A stretch of 59,212 nt of DNA from Candidatus Nomurabacteria bacterium (GCA_016186435.1 JACPLQ010000001.1:1-59212); one strand, 5' to 3'. Shown: positions 28,582 through 40,980, counted from the first letter of the stretch. Notes: generated by a model from the sequence alone, not told the origin. Program-made: numbers and translations.

Positions 28582-31500
28582 ATGCCCAAAGATATCAAAG
28601 AGGCGACATCTCGCCCGAAGAAGTATTTTAGCAGGTATAAGAAACCTCTTGTAGAGTTTCCGAATCTTATTCAAGCCCAATTGAAGAGCTTCAAGTGGCT
28701 CGTGGAGACCGGCATCGCCGAAGTCTTCAAAGAGTTCACGCCGATCATAGATTACTCCGGAAAAAAGTTCCAATTGGAATTTACTTCTTTTACTTTAAGC
28801 GAATCCAATACTGACGAAAATGATTCAAAAGTAAACAAGCTCTCTTACCAGGGGTTACTCAAAGCGCGGGTAAAATTGACGAATAAAATTTTAGGCACCG
28901 TGAAAGAGCAGGAAATCTTCATGTCGGAGATGCCGCTCATGACTCCGCACGGAACTTTCATCATAAACGGCGTAGAGCGCGTCATCGTGCCGCAGCTCGC
29001 GCGAAGCTTCGGGGTCTTCTTTACTGAATCAGAGTCTAAGGGTCAGAAATATTTCGGCGCGAAGATGATCCCCGCTCGCGGAGTCTGGATAGAGATGGAA
29101 TCCGAAGCGGATGGCGTAATTTACATAAGAATAGATAAAAAGAGAAAATTTCCGGCGACAGCTCTTCTGCGAGCGCTCGGCTATGAAACGAATGAAATGA
29201 TCGCCGAAGCGTTTAAAGGCAACGCCGTTGCCGAGGAGACAATAAAAAATTCTTTAACCAAAGATGGACTGAAGAGCTTAAACGAAGCATATATTGAAAT
29301 ATACAAGCGCCTTCGCGATGGAGACATGGCCACAGCCGAGAACGCCAAAGAATTTATAAATTCTTTATTTACCGCGGAGCGCTATGATCTTTCTCCTGTT
29401 GGACGATTCAGATTCAATCAAAGGTTCGGCAAATCAATAGGCGAAGAAGAAATGACTCGCCGAACTATCTCCAAAGAAGACTTGGTAACCGTAATTTCTC
29501 ATATAATAGAATTAAATAATACTGCAGGAGCAAAAGCAGATGATATAGATCACTTAGGCCAGAGGCGAGTGCGTTTTGTCGGAGAAATTCTCCAGCAAAA
29601 AGTTCGCACCGGTATGATGCAGATCAAGAGAAACATTCAGGACAGAATGTCTATTATTGATGTGGACACCGCGATGCCGATTCAGATAATCAACCAGAGG
29701 CCGCTTCAGGCGCGCATCAAAGAATTTTTCACCACCAACCAGCTTTCACAATTCATGAACCAGGAAAATGTGCTTGCAGAAACGGAGCACATTCGTCTCT
29801 TGTCGGCGCTCGGACCCGGAGGCCTTACTCGCGAGCGCGCCGGCCTTGAAGTCCGCGACGTGCATCCTTCGCACTACGGCAGAGTCTGTCCTATTCATAC
29901 CCCTGAAGGTCCGAACATCGGGCTAATACTTCACATGTCTACTTATGCTAAAATAAATGACTTCGGAATTATTGAAACTCCTTATGCAAAAGTAAAAAAT
30001 GGAAAAATTACCGGCGAGATAGTTTACTTAAACGCGCTTGAGGAAGAAAAATACAACATCGCCCACGCCGGTACTCCATATGATGAACACGGAAAAATCA
30101 CTAAAGAAAAAGTAGAGGCTCGCATAAAGACAGAACCCGGCATGGTCAAGGCACTTGAAGTGGACTTTATTGATGTCGCGCCGAACCAAGCTTTCTCTAT
30201 CGCGACTTCCATGGTGCCGTTCTTGGAGCATAACAACGCCAATCGAGCGCTCATGGGAAGCAACATGCAGAAGCAAGCGGTGCCGTGCGTCCTTCCTGAA
30301 ATGCCGCTTGTGGCTACAGGTATAGAAGAACTTGCGTCAAAAGATTCAGGCAGACTGGTAATCGCGCAAGAAGACGGCGTTGTTAAATATTTGGATGCTA
30401 AGAAAATAGTTATTGAGGGGAAGAAAGAGCATACTTATGATCTAGTAAACTTTTTAAGGAATAACAACTTCGCAGTATTTCATCAGCGTCCGCTTGTAAA
30501 TGTGGGTGATAAAATTAAAAAAGGAGATATACTTGCAGATACATCCAGTACCGTAGGCGGGCAGATCTCTATCGGTCAGAATATATTCGTGGCCTTTTTG
30601 TCATGGTCTGGCTCTACTTACGAGGACGCCATCGTAGTCTCTGAGCGCCTTGTAAAAAAAAGCAAATTCACTTCTGTGTATGTGGAAGAATTTACCTGCA
30701 TTGTCCGCGATACCAAACTTGGACCCGAAATTACAACTCGCGATATTCCAAACGTCGGAGAATTAAAACTGAAAGATCTTGACGAAGACGGCATAGTCCG
30801 CATAGGAGCTGAAGTCAGAGAAAATGATATTCTAGTCGGTAAAATTACTCCAAAAGGGGAGACAGAACTTACTCCGGAAGAAAGATTGCTCCGCTCCATA
30901 TTTGCCGAAAAAGCCCGCGACGTGAAAGATACCAGCTTGAGAATGGAACACGGCAAGCGCGGACGTATTATCGGCGTAAAAATATTCTCCCGAGATCTAG
31001 GCCACACCTTGGAAGCAGGCATCATAAAGAAGATTGTCATAGAGGTCGCTCAGATTAGAAATATTTCTGTCGGAGACAAACTTTCAGGACGACATGGAAA
31101 CAAAGGAGTCATATCTACAATCCTTCCGGAAGAAGATATGCCATACACCGCAGACGGTACGCCTATAGACATTATACTTTCTCCGCTCGGAGTTCCTTCT
31201 CGTATGAACTTGGGACAGATATTGGAAATGCATCTTGGTATGGCGGCAAACACTCTAGGCTACCAAGCCATCGTTCCTCCTTTCCTCGGAGCCAAGCATG
31301 AAGAAATAAAAGAGGAATTGATAAAAGCCGGACTTCCGGAAAATGGAAAACTGCAGCTTTTTGACGGACGCACCGGAGAGCCTTTCCAGCAGGACGTCGC
31401 AGTCGGATACATGTACATGCTCAAACTGCACCACATGGTGGAGGACAAAATCCACATGAGGTCTATTGGTCCCTACTCGCTCATTACCCAGCAGCCTCTC

Positions 31501-31761
31501 GGCGGTAAAGCTCAGGGAGGAGGACAGAGATTCGGAGAAATGGAAGTCTGGGCGCTTGAGGGATATGGAGCTGCATACACTTTGCGCGAAATGCTGACAA
31601 TTAAATCTGACGATATTTTAGGAAGATCGGCAACATTCGATTCCATTATCAAAAATGAACCTATCAGGCCGCCAAACTCTCCCGCGTCGTTCAATGTTCT
31701 TTTGAACTACCTGAGGGGGCTAGCGCTCGATGTGGATCTTAAGAAGGCTGGAGATAAATAA
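28582..31761 (+). CDS. rpoB: DNA-directed RNA polymerase subunit beta
   Basis: Unambiguous rpoB motifs (FGEMEVWALEGYGAAYTLREMLTIKSDD, NMQKQAVP, GRHGNKGVIS). Confidence 0.97.
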   Translation: MPKDIKEATSRPKKYFSRYKKPLVEFPNLIQAQLKSFKWLVETGIAEVFKEFTPIIDYSGKKFQLEFTSFTLSESNTDENDSKVNKLSYQGLLKARVKLTNKILGTVKEQEIFMSEMPLMTPHGTFIINGVERVIVPQLARSFGVFFTESESKGQKYFGAKMIPARGVWIEMESEADGVIYIRIDKKRKFPATALLRALGYETNEMIAEAFKGNAVAEETIKNSLTKDGLKSLNEAYIEIYKRLRDGDMATAENAKEFINSLFTAERYDLSPVGRFRFNQRFGKSIGEEEMTRRTISKEDLVTVISHIIELNNTAGAKADDIDHLGQRRVRFVGEILQQKVRTGMMQIKRNIQDRMSIIDVDTAMPIQIINQRPLQARIKEFFTTNQLSQFMNQENVLAETEHIRLLSALGPGGLTRERAGLEVRDVHPSHYGRVCPIHTPEGPNIGLILHMSTYAKINDFGIIETPYAKVKNGKITGEIVYLNALEEEKYNIAHAGTPYDEHGKITKEKVEARIKTEPGMVKALEVDFIDVAPNQAFSIATSMVPFLEHNNANRALMGSNMQKQAVPCVLPEMPLVATGIEELASKDSGRLVIAQEDGVVKYLDAKKIVIEGKKEHTYDLVNFLRNNNFAVFHQRPLVNVGDKIKKGDILADTSSTVGGQISIGQNIFVAFLSWSGSTYEDAIVVSERLVKKSKFTSVYVEEFTCIVRDTKLGPEITTRDIPNVGELKLKDLDEDGIVRIGAEVRENDILVGKITPKGETELTPEERLLRSIFAEKARDVKDTSLRMEHGKRGRIIGVKIFSRDLGHTLEAGIIKKIVIEVAQIRNISVGDKLSGRHGNKGVISTILPEEDMPYTADGTPIDIILSPLGVPSRMNLGQILEMHLGMAANTLGYQAIVPPFLGAKHEEIKEELIKAGLPENGKLQLFDGRTGEPFQQDVAVGYMYMLKLHHMVEDKIHMRSIGPYSLITQQPLGGKAQGGGQRFGEMEVWALEGYGAAYTLREMLTIKSDDILGRSATFDSIIKNEPIRPPNSPASFNVLLNYLRGLALDVDLKKAGDK

Positions 31762-31767
31762 TAGATT

Positions 31768-31803
31768 AGACGTTGGACATCGGGTGCTTGATGTCCAACG
31801 TCT
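31768..31803 (+). promoter_or_regulatory. perfect 14-bp hairpin in the rpoB-rpoC spacer
   Basis: agacgttggacatc-gggtgctt-gatgtccaacgtct, with no T-run. Confidence 0.6.
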
Positions 31804-31815
31804 GAAACATAAACT

Positions 31816-34800
31816 ATGAAAACACTAAACACAACTGAATTTGATAGAATCGCTCTCCGGCTTGCAAGCCCCGAGCAGATAAAAGAGTGGTCTTTTGGAG
31901 AGGTTACCAAGCCTGAAACTATAAATTACCGCACCGGCAGAAGCGAGCGCGGCGGGCTTTTTGACGAGAAAATTTTCGGACCGGAAAAGGATTATGAGTG
32001 CTATTGCGGAAAATACCGCCGCATACGCTACAAAGACATTATCTGCGAGAAATGCGGAGTTGAAGTTACCCGCTCTATAGTGCGGCGCGAGCGCATGGGA
32101 CACATAGAGCTTTCTACGCCTGTTTCTCATATCTGGTTTTTGCGAGGCGTGCCATCTAGAATGAGCATACTTCTAAACATTTCCGTCTCAGACCTTGAGA
32201 AAGTTATTTACTTTGCGGGATATATCATCACTAAAATCCATGAAGATGAAAAAGAAACTGTTTTGTCCGGGTTGGATAAAGAATTTAAATCTAAATTTAA
32301 GAATGCAGTCGATGAAGATACTCGCGAAAAATTGAAAAATTTGCTTTCAATCACTAAAAAAGAAATCGGAGAAATTTATGAAGGAAAAGTTCTGAACGAA
32401 ATTTCTTTCCATCATTATTCTTTGAAATACGGCACCTGCTTTGAGGCGAACATAGGCGCAGAAGCTATCTACTCCATTTTCAAAAATCTTGATCTCGGCA
32501 AACTGAAAACCCTTACCGAAAAGATGCTTGAGAAGGCAAGTGCAGCCGACAAAGAAAAATTGCAGAAAAGACTGTCTCTCATACGAGCCATGACTTATGC
32601 AAACATTCGTCCGGAATGGATGTTCCTGACTGTTATTCCCGTGATTCCGCCGGTTCTTCGCCCCATGGTTGCGCTCGACGGGGGCCGACACGCGACTTCA
32701 GACCTGAACGACTTGTATCGCCGAGTTATAAACAGAAATAACCGCCTTAAGAAGCTGAAAGAAATAAATGCCCCGGATGTTATTTTAAGAAATGAAAAAA
32801 GAATTATTCAGGAGGCAGTGGATGCGCTTATAGATAATTCTATCGCCAAGCAGAATGATTCTGCGGCTATGAGCCAATCCCAAAAGCGTCCGCTCAAATC
32901 CCTTTCCGACAACTTGAAATCCAAACAAGGTCTCTTCCGCCAAAATCTGCTCGGAAAGCGCGTGGACTATTCAGGCCGTTCTGTTATTGTTGTTGGTCCT
33001 CAGCTAAAGCTTAATCAATGCGGACTTCCAAAACATATGGCTCTGGAGCTTTTCAGGCCATTCGTTATTTCCAAAATTTTGCAGGCAGAGCTTGCCTTCA
33101 ACATTCGCGGAGCGAATAAGCTCATAGAAGAAAGAACTCCTGAAGTATGGGCAATGCTGGAAGAAGTCATAGAAGGAAAATATGTCCTCTTAAACCGCGC
33201 GCCGACTTTGCACAGGCTTGGTATTCAGGCGTTCAATCCGATACTTATTGAAGGAAATGCAATCCAGGTACACCCCCTTGTGTGTCAGGCTTTCAACGCC
33301 GACTTCGACGGAGACCAGATGGCAGTATACGTGCCTCTTCTTAAAGAAGCTCAGTCTGAAGCGAAGGATTTGATGGCTTCAAATAAAAACTTGCTTAAGC
33401 CGCAAAATGGCGAACCGGTCGTTAACCCTAAAATGGATATGGTGCTTGGGGCTTATTGGATGACCAAAACTGCAGATGGTGAATTGGGTGAGGGAAAATT
33501 CTTCTCTAGTCCCAACACTGCCATTACCGCTTATGATTACGGAGTAGTTTCTCTTCGCGCCAAAATAAAAGTTTTGGCTACTGATTCACACAAATACAAA
33601 AAATTTGACGGGGAAATTTTTGAAACTTCTGTTGGAAAACTATTGTTCAATAGCGTTTTGCCTTCAGATTTTTCCTATATTGGCGATGAAATGACCCAAG
33701 ACAGATTATCTTCACTGCTGGATGAACTTATAGCTCACACTGGAGTAGACAATACCCCTGCAATCTTGGATAAGATTAAGCAATTTGGGTTCCAGTATTC
33801 CACTGTTTCTGGTACTACTTGGGGGCTAGACAATGTTTCTTTGTCTTCAGAAAAACCAGCAATTATTACAGAAGGTAAAAAACAGGAAGAACAAATTATT
33901 TCAGAATGGAGTAACGGTCTTTTGTCTGAAGAAGAAAAATATCAAAAAATTATTGAGGTTTGGACTTCTACCAAGAAAAACTTAGAAAAAGTTTTACCAA
34001 AAACTCTGGATAAAAGCGGTTCTGCTTTTGATTTATTTACTTCCAAAGCTAGAGGTAATATGAACACTTTGTCTCAAATGGTTGGGATGATTGGTCTCAT
34101 TCAAAACAACCAAGGTAAAATATTGGAATACCCGATCATTCCTTCTTACTTTGAGGGACTTTCTCCGATAGAATATTTCGTCATCACTCACGGAGCCAGA
34201 AAAGGAGCATCAGACACAGCGCTCAACACTGCAAAAGCGGGATACCTGACCCGAAGACTTGTAGATGTCGCGCACGACGTCGTCATTACCGAAGAAGATT
34301 GCGGCACAAAGGAAGGAAAGATAGTTTCCCGAGAAAATATTTCCGGAATTGAAATTCCACTTTCAAAAAACATACGCGGACGTGTCTTAGCGGCTGATCT
34401 CAAAGACCCATCCGGAAAAATTGTTTACAAAAAAGGGTTCTTGATTACTAAAGAAGAAGCTTACAATATAGAAGGGCAGGGATTTACCGAAGTGTTTGTG
34501 CGGTCTCCGCTTACCTGTAAAACAGTGCACGGTCTTTGCGTTATGTGCTATGGACTTGACCTCGGCAGGAACCACGTGGTGGAACAAGGCGAAGCCGTGG
34601 GAATCATCGCGGCTCAGGCTATCGGCGAGCCGGGAACTCAGCTTACGCTTCGCACCTTCCATGCCGGAGGTGTTGCGGGAACAGATATTACCACAGGTCT
34701 TCCTCGTGTTGAGGAAATATTTGAAAGAAGAATTCCAAAAAATCCCGCTATCATTTCCGAGACAGACGGCGAAGTATTGGAGGTAAAATCAAAAGACAAT

Positions 34801-35469
34801 AAAGAAAAAATTATAAAAGTATTGTCTGACCTGCCTCGACTTGGTGTCGAAGGCAAGGCGGGCAGCAAAGAAGACGGGAAAATTGACAACAAGAAAAATG
34901 AAATGGAATATATTGTTGCTTTCAGGCGTACTCCGATAGTCAAAGCAGGGGACAAGGTGAAAAAAGGACAGCTTTTAACTGATGGATCCGCCGATATTGC
35001 GGAGATGTTCAAATTGGGCAATAAAGAACTCGTTGAAGAATATATCATTGAAGAAATAAACAAAGTCTACGAGCTTCAGAGCGCTTCCATTTCCCGAAAA
35101 CATACCGAAATAATTATTCGCCAGATGTTCTCACGCCGAAAGATAAAAGATGCCGGCGAGACCAATTTCTCTGTTGGTGACATAGTGGAAAACACCGCAT
35201 TCATAGAAGAAAATGTCAGAATAGAAGAACTTGGAGGCAAAAAAGCTACTGCAGAAACAGTGGTACTCGGGATTACAGAGGTGTCGCTTCGCACCAAGAG
35301 CTGGCTGTCTGCGGCTTCTTTCCAAAACACAAATCGTGTGCTTATTGAAAACGCCATCAAGGGCGGAGTGGATAGTCTGCGGGGCCTAAAAGAAAATGTA
35401 ATCATCGGACGGCTAATTCCGGCGGGGACGGGATTTGAAAACAAGATTGACTTAACAAAGGAGGAATAG
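31816..35469 (+). CDS. rpoC: DNA-directed RNA polymerase subunit beta'
   Basis: NADFDGDQM catalytic motif, the zinc-binding Cys cluster CYCGKY..CEKCG, and the bridge and trigger regions. Confidence 0.97.
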   Translation: MKTLNTTEFDRIALRLASPEQIKEWSFGEVTKPETINYRTGRSERGGLFDEKIFGPEKDYECYCGKYRRIRYKDIICEKCGVEVTRSIVRRERMGHIELSTPVSHIWFLRGVPSRMSILLNISVSDLEKVIYFAGYIITKIHEDEKETVLSGLDKEFKSKFKNAVDEDTREKLKNLLSITKKEIGEIYEGKVLNEISFHHYSLKYGTCFEANIGAEAIYSIFKNLDLGKLKTLTEKMLEKASAADKEKLQKRLSLIRAMTYANIRPEWMFLTVIPVIPPVLRPMVALDGGRHATSDLNDLYRRVINRNNRLKKLKEINAPDVILRNEKRIIQEAVDALIDNSIAKQNDSAAMSQSQKRPLKSLSDNLKSKQGLFRQNLLGKRVDYSGRSVIVVGPQLKLNQCGLPKHMALELFRPFVISKILQAELAFNIRGANKLIEERTPEVWAMLEEVIEGKYVLLNRAPTLHRLGIQAFNPILIEGNAIQVHPLVCQAFNADFDGDQMAVYVPLLKEAQSEAKDLMASNKNLLKPQNGEPVVNPKMDMVLGAYWMTKTADGELGEGKFFSSPNTAITAYDYGVVSLRAKIKVLATDSHKYKKFDGEIFETSVGKLLFNSVLPSDFSYIGDEMTQDRLSSLLDELIAHTGVDNTPAILDKIKQFGFQYSTVSGTTWGLDNVSLSSEKPAIITEGKKQEEQIISEWSNGLLSEEEKYQKIIEVWTSTKKNLEKVLPKTLDKSGSAFDLFTSKARGNMNTLSQMVGMIGLIQNNQGKILEYPIIPSYFEGLSPIEYFVITHGARKGASDTALNTAKAGYLTRRLVDVAHDVVITEEDCGTKEGKIVSRENISGIEIPLSKNIRGRVLAADLKDPSGKIVYKKGFLITKEEAYNIEGQGFTEVFVRSPLTCKTVHGLCVMCYGLDLGRNHVVEQGEAVGIIAAQAIGEPGTQLTLRTFHAGGVAGTDITTGLPRVEEIFERRIPKNPAIISETDGEVLEVKSKDNKEKIIKVLSDLPRLGVEGKAGSKEDGKIDNKKNEMEYIVAFRRTPIVKAGDKVKKGQLLTDGSADIAEMFKLGNKELVEEYIIEEINKVYELQSASISRKHTEIIIRQMFSRRKIKDAGETNFSVGDIVENTAFIEENVRIEELGGKKATAETVVLGITEVSLRTKSWLSAASFQNTNRVLIENAIKGGVDSLRGLKENVIIGRLIPAGTGFENKIDLTKEE

Positions 35470-35485
35470 GAAGGAGTATAATAAA

Positions 35486-35623
35486 GGTGTTTGCAAAAGG
35501 GGGAGCGGAATGAAGTATCGCACTACGAACATTCTGTGGTCTGGGTAACAGCAAAAAATAGTGTGCGTGAGGACTGACCCGTCAAAGACTAAGCAGTTTC
35601 GTCTGTTTCCCCTTTTGCAAACA
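35486..35623 (+). ncRNA. unassigned structured element closed by a perfect 17-bp inverted repeat
   Basis: ggtgtttgcaaaagggg (35486-35502) pairs with ccccttttgcaaacacc (35607-35623). The 104 nt between the arms have no plausible ORF. Confidence 0.3.
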
Positions 35624-35632
35624 CCAGTATTC

Positions 35633-36046
35633 ATGCCAAAAGATTTTGACAAGTGGAATAATCTCAAGAAAATTTTCGAGAAAGAAAGTCGGGAACTTTT
35701 TGCGCATCCGAGAGAGGTCTGGTGGTGCTCGCTCGGAGTAAATTTAGGAGCGGAAATAGACGGTAAAAACGACAGCTTTGAGCGACCTGTTTTAATTATA
35801 AAGGTTTATAGTAGAGAAACGATGTTTGTATTACCTATTACAAGTAAAGAAAAAAATGATAAGTTTCACTGTAAGATTTTTGTAAAAATAAAAAATATTA
35901 AAACCGGTGAATACGATGAAAAGGCCGTATGGGTAAAGTTAACTCAGGCGCGCGTTATTAGTAATAAAAGACTTTTAAGAAAAGTTGATTTCATAGACAT
36001 CGAAGAATTCGATAAAATTATGGCAGTTTTTAAGAATAGTGTATAA
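35633..36046 (+). CDS. solitary PemK/MazF-like toxin-fold protein
   Basis: FDKWNNLKK...REVWWCSLGVNLGAEIDGKNDSFERPVLII is typical of a MazF-like subfamily. No adjacent antitoxin ORF was found. The track ORF starts at 35561 inside the inverted repeat. Confidence 0.6.
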   Translation: MPKDFDKWNNLKKIFEKESRELFAHPREVWWCSLGVNLGAEIDGKNDSFERPVLIIKVYSRETMFVLPITSKEKNDKFHCKIFVKIKNIKTGEYDEKAVWVKLTQARVISNKRLLRKVDFIDIEEFDKIMAVFKNSV

Positions 36047-36121
36047 AATCGAAACCCCGCTTTCGCGGGATTTCTCGGAGGCCGAAGCCATAATACCTAT
36101 AATATAGCAAGTACAAAAAAT

Positions 36122-36850
36122 ATGTCAAGCAGGTTTATTAATAATCTAACCAAAAATCATATGAATCAAAAAGGTTTTGCGAATCTAGTTTTCATTGGAG
36201 GTATTATTATCCTTCTGGTATTGGGCGGCTACTTCGCTTGGTCAAAAAGACCAAATAATATTGATTCCTCCATAATTCTACAAGTTGATACTTCAAATTG
36301 GAAAACATACCAAAATCCAATTCATAGCTATTCCTTTAAATATCCAGAATTAAGTTATAGTATTGATGATTCAGATCCAAGTGGAGAAGGATACGCGCCC
36401 GCTGGTAAGTTTGGCAATTTTCTTTGGAAAAATCTTGGATTGGATGGCGCTGAGCAAGTCTTTGCAGTGAATGTGCTCAGTACTCCCGAATGGACTACAG
36501 TGGGAACTGATGCTGAGGCATTAAAAAAAGGATTTGAAGAAGGAGGAATTGAAAAGGTTGCACAATTGTCCAGAGAAGTTAACTTGCAAGATAAAGAGTT
36601 TCCAGGTAAAGAAGTAGGAGAAATAGAAATATTTTCCTTTTATAATGGAAGTGGTTATGGTTTTACGGTAACAAAAGTATTTACCTTTGGTTTTAATACT
36701 GACCAAAAAAAAGATGTAATTGGCGGAGAATTAGTTGAAGGAGAAAAAGTTATTGTTTATGTGACAAATGGAAAAGATATATATAGTATAGAATTTCCTA
36801 ATCAGGATCTAGAAAGACAAATTCTTTCCACCTTTAAATTTATAAAGTAA
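36122..36850 (+). CDS. hypothetical membrane-anchored protein
   Basis: N-terminal TM segment (FANLVFIGGIIILLVLGGYFAW). No motif recognised. Confidence 0.5.
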   Translation: MSSRFINNLTKNHMNQKGFANLVFIGGIIILLVLGGYFAWSKRPNNIDSSIILQVDTSNWKTYQNPIHSYSFKYPELSYSIDDSDPSGEGYAPAGKFGNFLWKNLGLDGAEQVFAVNVLSTPEWTTVGTDAEALKKGFEEGGIEKVAQLSREVNLQDKEFPGKEVGEIEIFSFYNGSGYGFTVTKVFTFGFNTDQKKDVIGGELVEGEKVIVYVTNGKDIYSIEFPNQDLERQILSTFKFIK

Positions 36851-36852
36851 TC

Positions 36853-38637
36853 ATGAACTCTCCCGTAGAAAAAATTAAGGAGAGGCTAGGAATCGAAGAA
36901 GTAATCTCTTCTTACATAAAATTGGAACGGGCGGGGAAAAACCTCAAGGCCCGATGCCCGTTTCATAACGAAAAGACGCCGTCTTTTTTCATTTCACCAG
37001 ACAGAGGAACATACTATTGCTTTGGTTGCGCCGCTTCTGGGGATATTTTTACTTTCGTGGAAGAATTTGAAGGGCTGGACTTCAAGGGTGCGCTAAAATT
37101 ACTCGCTGACAGGGCAGGAGTACAGCTTGAGCCTTATAGCAGACAGGCAAAAGAGAGTAAGAGTGAAAAAGAAAAGTTATATGAAGTTATGGAAGAGGCA
37201 ACAAGTTATTTTGAAAATAATTTAAAAAGTAATGAAGAGGCATTAGATTATTTAAAATCTCGCGGGCTAAATGAAAAAAGCATAAAAGATTTCAGAATTG
37301 GATACGCGATTCTTGACTGGCGATTACTCTATGATTATTTAAAGTCTAAAAATTTTACTGATAAAGAAATAGAGTTTGCGGGGCTGGCAAAAAAACCCGA
37401 AGACAAAAATAAAGCCATGTATGATAGATTCCGCGGACGTATAATGTTCCCGATTGCCGACTCTAGCGGGCGCATTGTCGCTTTTTCCGGCAGAATTTTT
37501 GTGGACGATGAAAAGTCGGCTAAGTATCTAAACAGTCCCGAGACTCCAATCTTCAGCAAGAATGCCGTGCTTTATGGTATAGATAAGGCCAAAGAATCCA
37601 TCAGAAAAAATAATTTTTCTATTCTAGTAGAAGGGCAGACGGATTTAATTTTATCTCATCAGGCTGGGTATAGAAATACTGTTGCAACATCGGGGACGGC
37701 GCTTTCAGATTCTACCATATCTAAAAAAAATGTAGTTTCTAATCTAGGGTTAGTCCGCCGTCTTTCGCCAAACATCGTGCTAGGGTTTGACGCGGATAAA
37801 GCAGGAGCAAGCGCTACAATTCGGGCGGGAAAGATTGCTCTTTCTTTAGGGATGGATGTAAAAGTGGTGAATATGCCGGAGGGGATAGATCCGGCAGATT
37901 TAATCGGGAAAAGCGGCGCAGATAAATGGAAAGAAGCTATAAAAAATTCCAAGCACATTATAGAATTTCTTTTAGTAAAAGTCCTGAAAAATGGGGAAAG
38001 TGATGAGCGAAAGGTCCGCTTAGACTCGGCGAGGCAGGCAGGAAGAGAAATAAAAGAAAAAATACTTCCATTTGTAAATGCGCTTGAAAGTTCTATAGAG
38101 AAAATGCATTTTGTAAAAAAAATAAGCGAAGAATCTGATATACCTATAAGCGCCCTGGAAGAAGATTTAAAGAAAATTGCGAAAGAGGAGCAATTTGAAA
38201 GAGAAGAAATACAGGAAGCCGAGGAGGCGCAGGTTAAAAAGCGCAGAAAAGACAATATAGAGAGTGATCTTTTTGGGATAGCCCTTTGGCAAAAGACCCT
38301 AAGAGACCCTGTAATAGACTTTAAAATAATTTTTGAAAAACTGGGGGAAGCCTCTAAAAAATATGAAAATACCAAAGAAGATTTAATTTATCAGGCCGAA
38401 ATATCTTATGAAAATGAGAATAATTTGAAAAAGAATGTTGCAGAAATGTTTTCCAGCCTTGAGGAAGAAAGAATAAACGAAGAATTGGTAAAAAAGATGG
38501 CAGAGCTACGTCATAATAAGAATAAAGAATTAGAAATAGGAATTATAAAAGAAATAGCCAGTCTGACTAAGAAAAAAGAAGATATTAAAAATGGTCGCTT
38601 TCCGCCAAAGGCGGATCAGCCTCAGGCTGAAAAGTAG
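36853..38637 (+). CDS. dnaG: DNA primase
   Basis: Zinc ribbon [21 protein letters not shown] and TOPRIM EGQTDLI...GFDADKAG. Confidence 0.93.
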   Translation: MNSPVEKIKERLGIEEVISSYIKLERAGKNLKARCPFHNEKTPSFFISPDRGTYYCFGCAASGDIFTFVEEFEGLDFKGALKLLADRAGVQLEPYSRQAKESKSEKEKLYEVMEEATSYFENNLKSNEEALDYLKSRGLNEKSIKDFRIGYAILDWRLLYDYLKSKNFTDKEIEFAGLAKKPEDKNKAMYDRFRGRIMFPIADSSGRIVAFSGRIFVDDEKSAKYLNSPETPIFSKNAVLYGIDKAKESIRKNNFSILVEGQTDLILSHQAGYRNTVATSGTALSDSTISKKNVVSNLGLVRRLSPNIVLGFDADKAGASATIRAGKIALSLGMDVKVVNMPEGIDPADLIGKSGADKWKEAIKNSKHIIEFLLVKVLKNGESDERKVRLDSARQAGREIKEKILPFVNALESSIEKMHFVKKISEESDIPISALEEDLKKIAKEEQFEREEIQEAEEAQVKKRRKDNIESDLFGIALWQKTLRDPVIDFKIIFEKLGEASKKYENTKEDLIYQAEISYENENNLKKNVAEMFSSLEEERINEELVKKMAELRHNKNKELEIGIIKEIASLTKKKEDIKNGRFPPKADQPQAEK

Positions 38638-38651
38638 TTAGTAAAAAATAT

Positions 38652-39872
38652 ATGAAAAAGAAAAACAAAAAAACAATCAAGAAAAAGAAAGCAGCAAAGA
38701 ATAAAAAACCGGTTAAGAAGGTGAAAAAAATTGTAAGAAAAACCAAAAAAACAGCTAAAAAGGCTGTAAAAAAAGAAAAGATAAAAAAGCTGTCCAGTAC
38801 TGAGAAAAAAGCTGAAATGATGGAAACTCTGGCGAACAATCTCATAGAAAAAGGCAGGACGCGAGGATTTATAACTTATGATGAGATACTCAAAACTTTT
38901 CCCGATATTGAAAACAATATTTTATTTTTAGATGAGCTGTATGAAAAGTTTGGCGTGGCCGGCATTGACGTCTTGGAAGGCGGAAATTTGCTTAACCTAG
39001 ATCTTGATGTGAACGACAAAGACCTAAACAAAAGCACGATGCATGATTCTATACAGATGTATTTGAAAGAAATCGGACAATATCCGCTTATTCACGCCGG
39101 TGATGAAAAGGATTTAGCTAAAAGAATTGAAAAGGGAGATTTGGAAGCCAAAAATCTTCTTGCCCGAGCAAACTTGCGCTTGGTGGTTTCTATCGCCAAG
39201 AAATACGTAGGCAGGTCTGCAAATCTGACATTGCTTGATCTTATTCAAGAAGGGAATTTGGGATTGTTTAAAGCAGTGGAAAAATTTGACTGGACCAAGG
39301 GCTACAAATTTTCCACCTACGCCACTTGGTGGATCCGCCAGTCCATAACCCGCGCGCTGGCCGACCAGTCTCGGACTATCCGCATTCCGGTGCACATGGT
39401 GGAAACTATTTCAAAATATAAGCAGACTCACAGGCGACTTTCGCAGGACCTCGGCCGAGAACCGCTTGCAGAAGAGATAGCTACAGAGATGGGTATCCCG
39501 GTGGAAAAAATTCATGTCATCGAAAATATTTCGCAGGATACCGTATCGCTTGAGCAACCAGTAGGGGACGATGACGACAAATCCACGCTTGAGAATTTTA
39601 TTCCGGACGACAAAATACTGCGCCCCGACCAAGAATCTTCTCGCCGCATCCTGTCCGACCAGATACGCGAAGTATTGGACGAGCTCAATCCCAAAGAACG
39701 CAAGATACTGGAAATGCGCTACGGCTTGCTCGATGGCATTCAGCATACTCTGGAGCGGGTAGGGGAAGAGTTCGGGGTCACTCGCGAACGTATCCGCCAA
39801 ATCGAAGCCAAAGTGCATGAAAAACTCCGCCAGCACGACAAAATTTCTCGGCTGAAAAACTATTTTGACTAA
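38652..39872 (+). CDS. rpoD: primary sigma factor with a lysine-rich N-terminal extension
   Basis: Regions 2-4 are present ([57 protein letters not shown]). The first ~45 residues are almost all K, A or V. Confidence 0.93.
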   Translation: MKKKNKKTIKKKKAAKNKKPVKKVKKIVRKTKKTAKKAVKKEKIKKLSSTEKKAEMMETLANNLIEKGRTRGFITYDEILKTFPDIENNILFLDELYEKFGVAGIDVLEGGNLLNLDLDVNDKDLNKSTMHDSIQMYLKEIGQYPLIHAGDEKDLAKRIEKGDLEAKNLLARANLRLVVSIAKKYVGRSANLTLLDLIQEGNLGLFKAVEKFDWTKGYKFSTYATWWIRQSITRALADQSRTIRIPVHMVETISKYKQTHRRLSQDLGREPLAEEIATEMGIPVEKIHVIENISQDTVSLEQPVGDDDDKSTLENFIPDDKILRPDQESSRRILSDQIREVLDELNPKERKILEMRYGLLDGIQHTLERVGEEFGVTRERIRQIEAKVHEKLRQHDKISRLKNYFD

Positions 39873-39907
39873 ACCATCAGCCTGAGCGAGGGGAGTCCTC
39901 GCTGGGA

Positions 39908-40603
39908 TCAGAGCAACGACTCTTCCAATCCGTTGTTGGAGGGGGTAACTTCAAAAACTTTGTCGGTGTACTTCCAGAAGGCGTCATTGCCGCCTTGTTC
40001 CCAGGCGCATTCGGTTGCTTCAGCTTCACGAAAAGCTTTTGGATGAAGCTGGAGAATCGGATAATGTCTGTATACCCAAGCGACATCGCCTCCGCTATCT
40101 TTCACGACTCTATGCATTGTAGTGTGAAATACTTTACAAAACGGACACTCAAGGTCGGAGTATTCCACTATGATTATTCTTGCGTTTATATCTCCAACAA
40201 TATGATCCTCTTGTGAAAGAGGCTTTATTTCTAGATTTAATGATTCTTTTTCATTCTTTTGCGCATCACTTATTTGCTCCATTACTTTTTCAAACGGTTG
40301 GGCGCCTCCGATCATGCCTACAACTGCGCCGTTTTTCACTATAAAAGAAGATGGTGTCCCATTTACGCCTGCTTTTATTCCGTCGTCAATATCCGCCTGA
40401 ACTTTATCTTTAAATTTTCCGCTTTCAAGACAAGCATTGAACTTTTTTACGTTAAGGCCAACTTGTTTTGAAATAGGAATGATCTTCGCCGGTCCCGGCG
40501 TTCCGCCCCCTCTTATCAGTACAGCTCCGGCTATCATGGCGCCCGCTAGAACGATGGCTCCCACTATCTGTTTTGTGTTGTTGTTCTCCATGTGTATATA
40601 CAA
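39908..40603 (-). CDS. DsbA-family thioredoxin-fold protein, membrane anchored
   Basis: CPFC active site within YSDLECPFCKVFH, plus an N-terminal TM segment. Confidence 0.8.
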   Translation of the reverse strand: MYIHMENNNTKQIVGAIVLAGAMIAGAVLIRGGGTPGPAKIIPISKQVGLNVKKFNACLESGKFKDKVQADIDDGIKAGVNGTPSSFIVKNGAVVGMIGGAQPFEKVMEQISDAQKNEKESLNLEIKPLSQEDHIVGDINARIIIVEYSDLECPFCKVFHTTMHRVVKDSGGDVAWVYRHYPILQLHPKAFREAEATECAWEQGGNDAFWKYTDKVFEVTPSNNGLEESLL

Positions 40604-40683
40604 ACTTATAATACGCTATTGTAGCATACTTTGCATGTTCTGTGATATAATAGAACTATTAACAATTAACCAATAAAAAATAT

Positions 40684-40968
40684 ATGTGTTGCACAGGAAA
40701 AGGTATGGGGGGCTGTGTTTGCAGTAAAATTTGTAAAATCCTATTAATAGTAGGAGGCTTGAATTGGGGATTAGTCGGAGTAGGTATGCTCATGGGTTCT
40801 GACTGGAACATCGTCAGCATGCTTCTTGGTTCTTGGCCAATAGTAGAGGCTATAGTTTACATATTAGTAGGTGTTGCGGCTGTAATGAAGATCTTTCATT
40901 GCAGATGCAGGAAATGCATGGCAGCATGCGAGGCTCATGTCTCAGGCAGCATGGATCAGAGGATGTAA
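40684..40968 (+). CDS. DUF378-family small membrane protein with Cys-rich termini
   Basis: The VGGLNWGLVG motif. Confidence 0.65.
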   Translation: MCCTGKGMGGCVCSKICKILLIVGGLNWGLVGVGMLMGSDWNIVSMLLGSWPIVEAIVYILVGVAAVMKIFHCRCRKCMAACEAHVSGSMDQRM

Positions 40969-40980
40969 TTATGTATTTAA

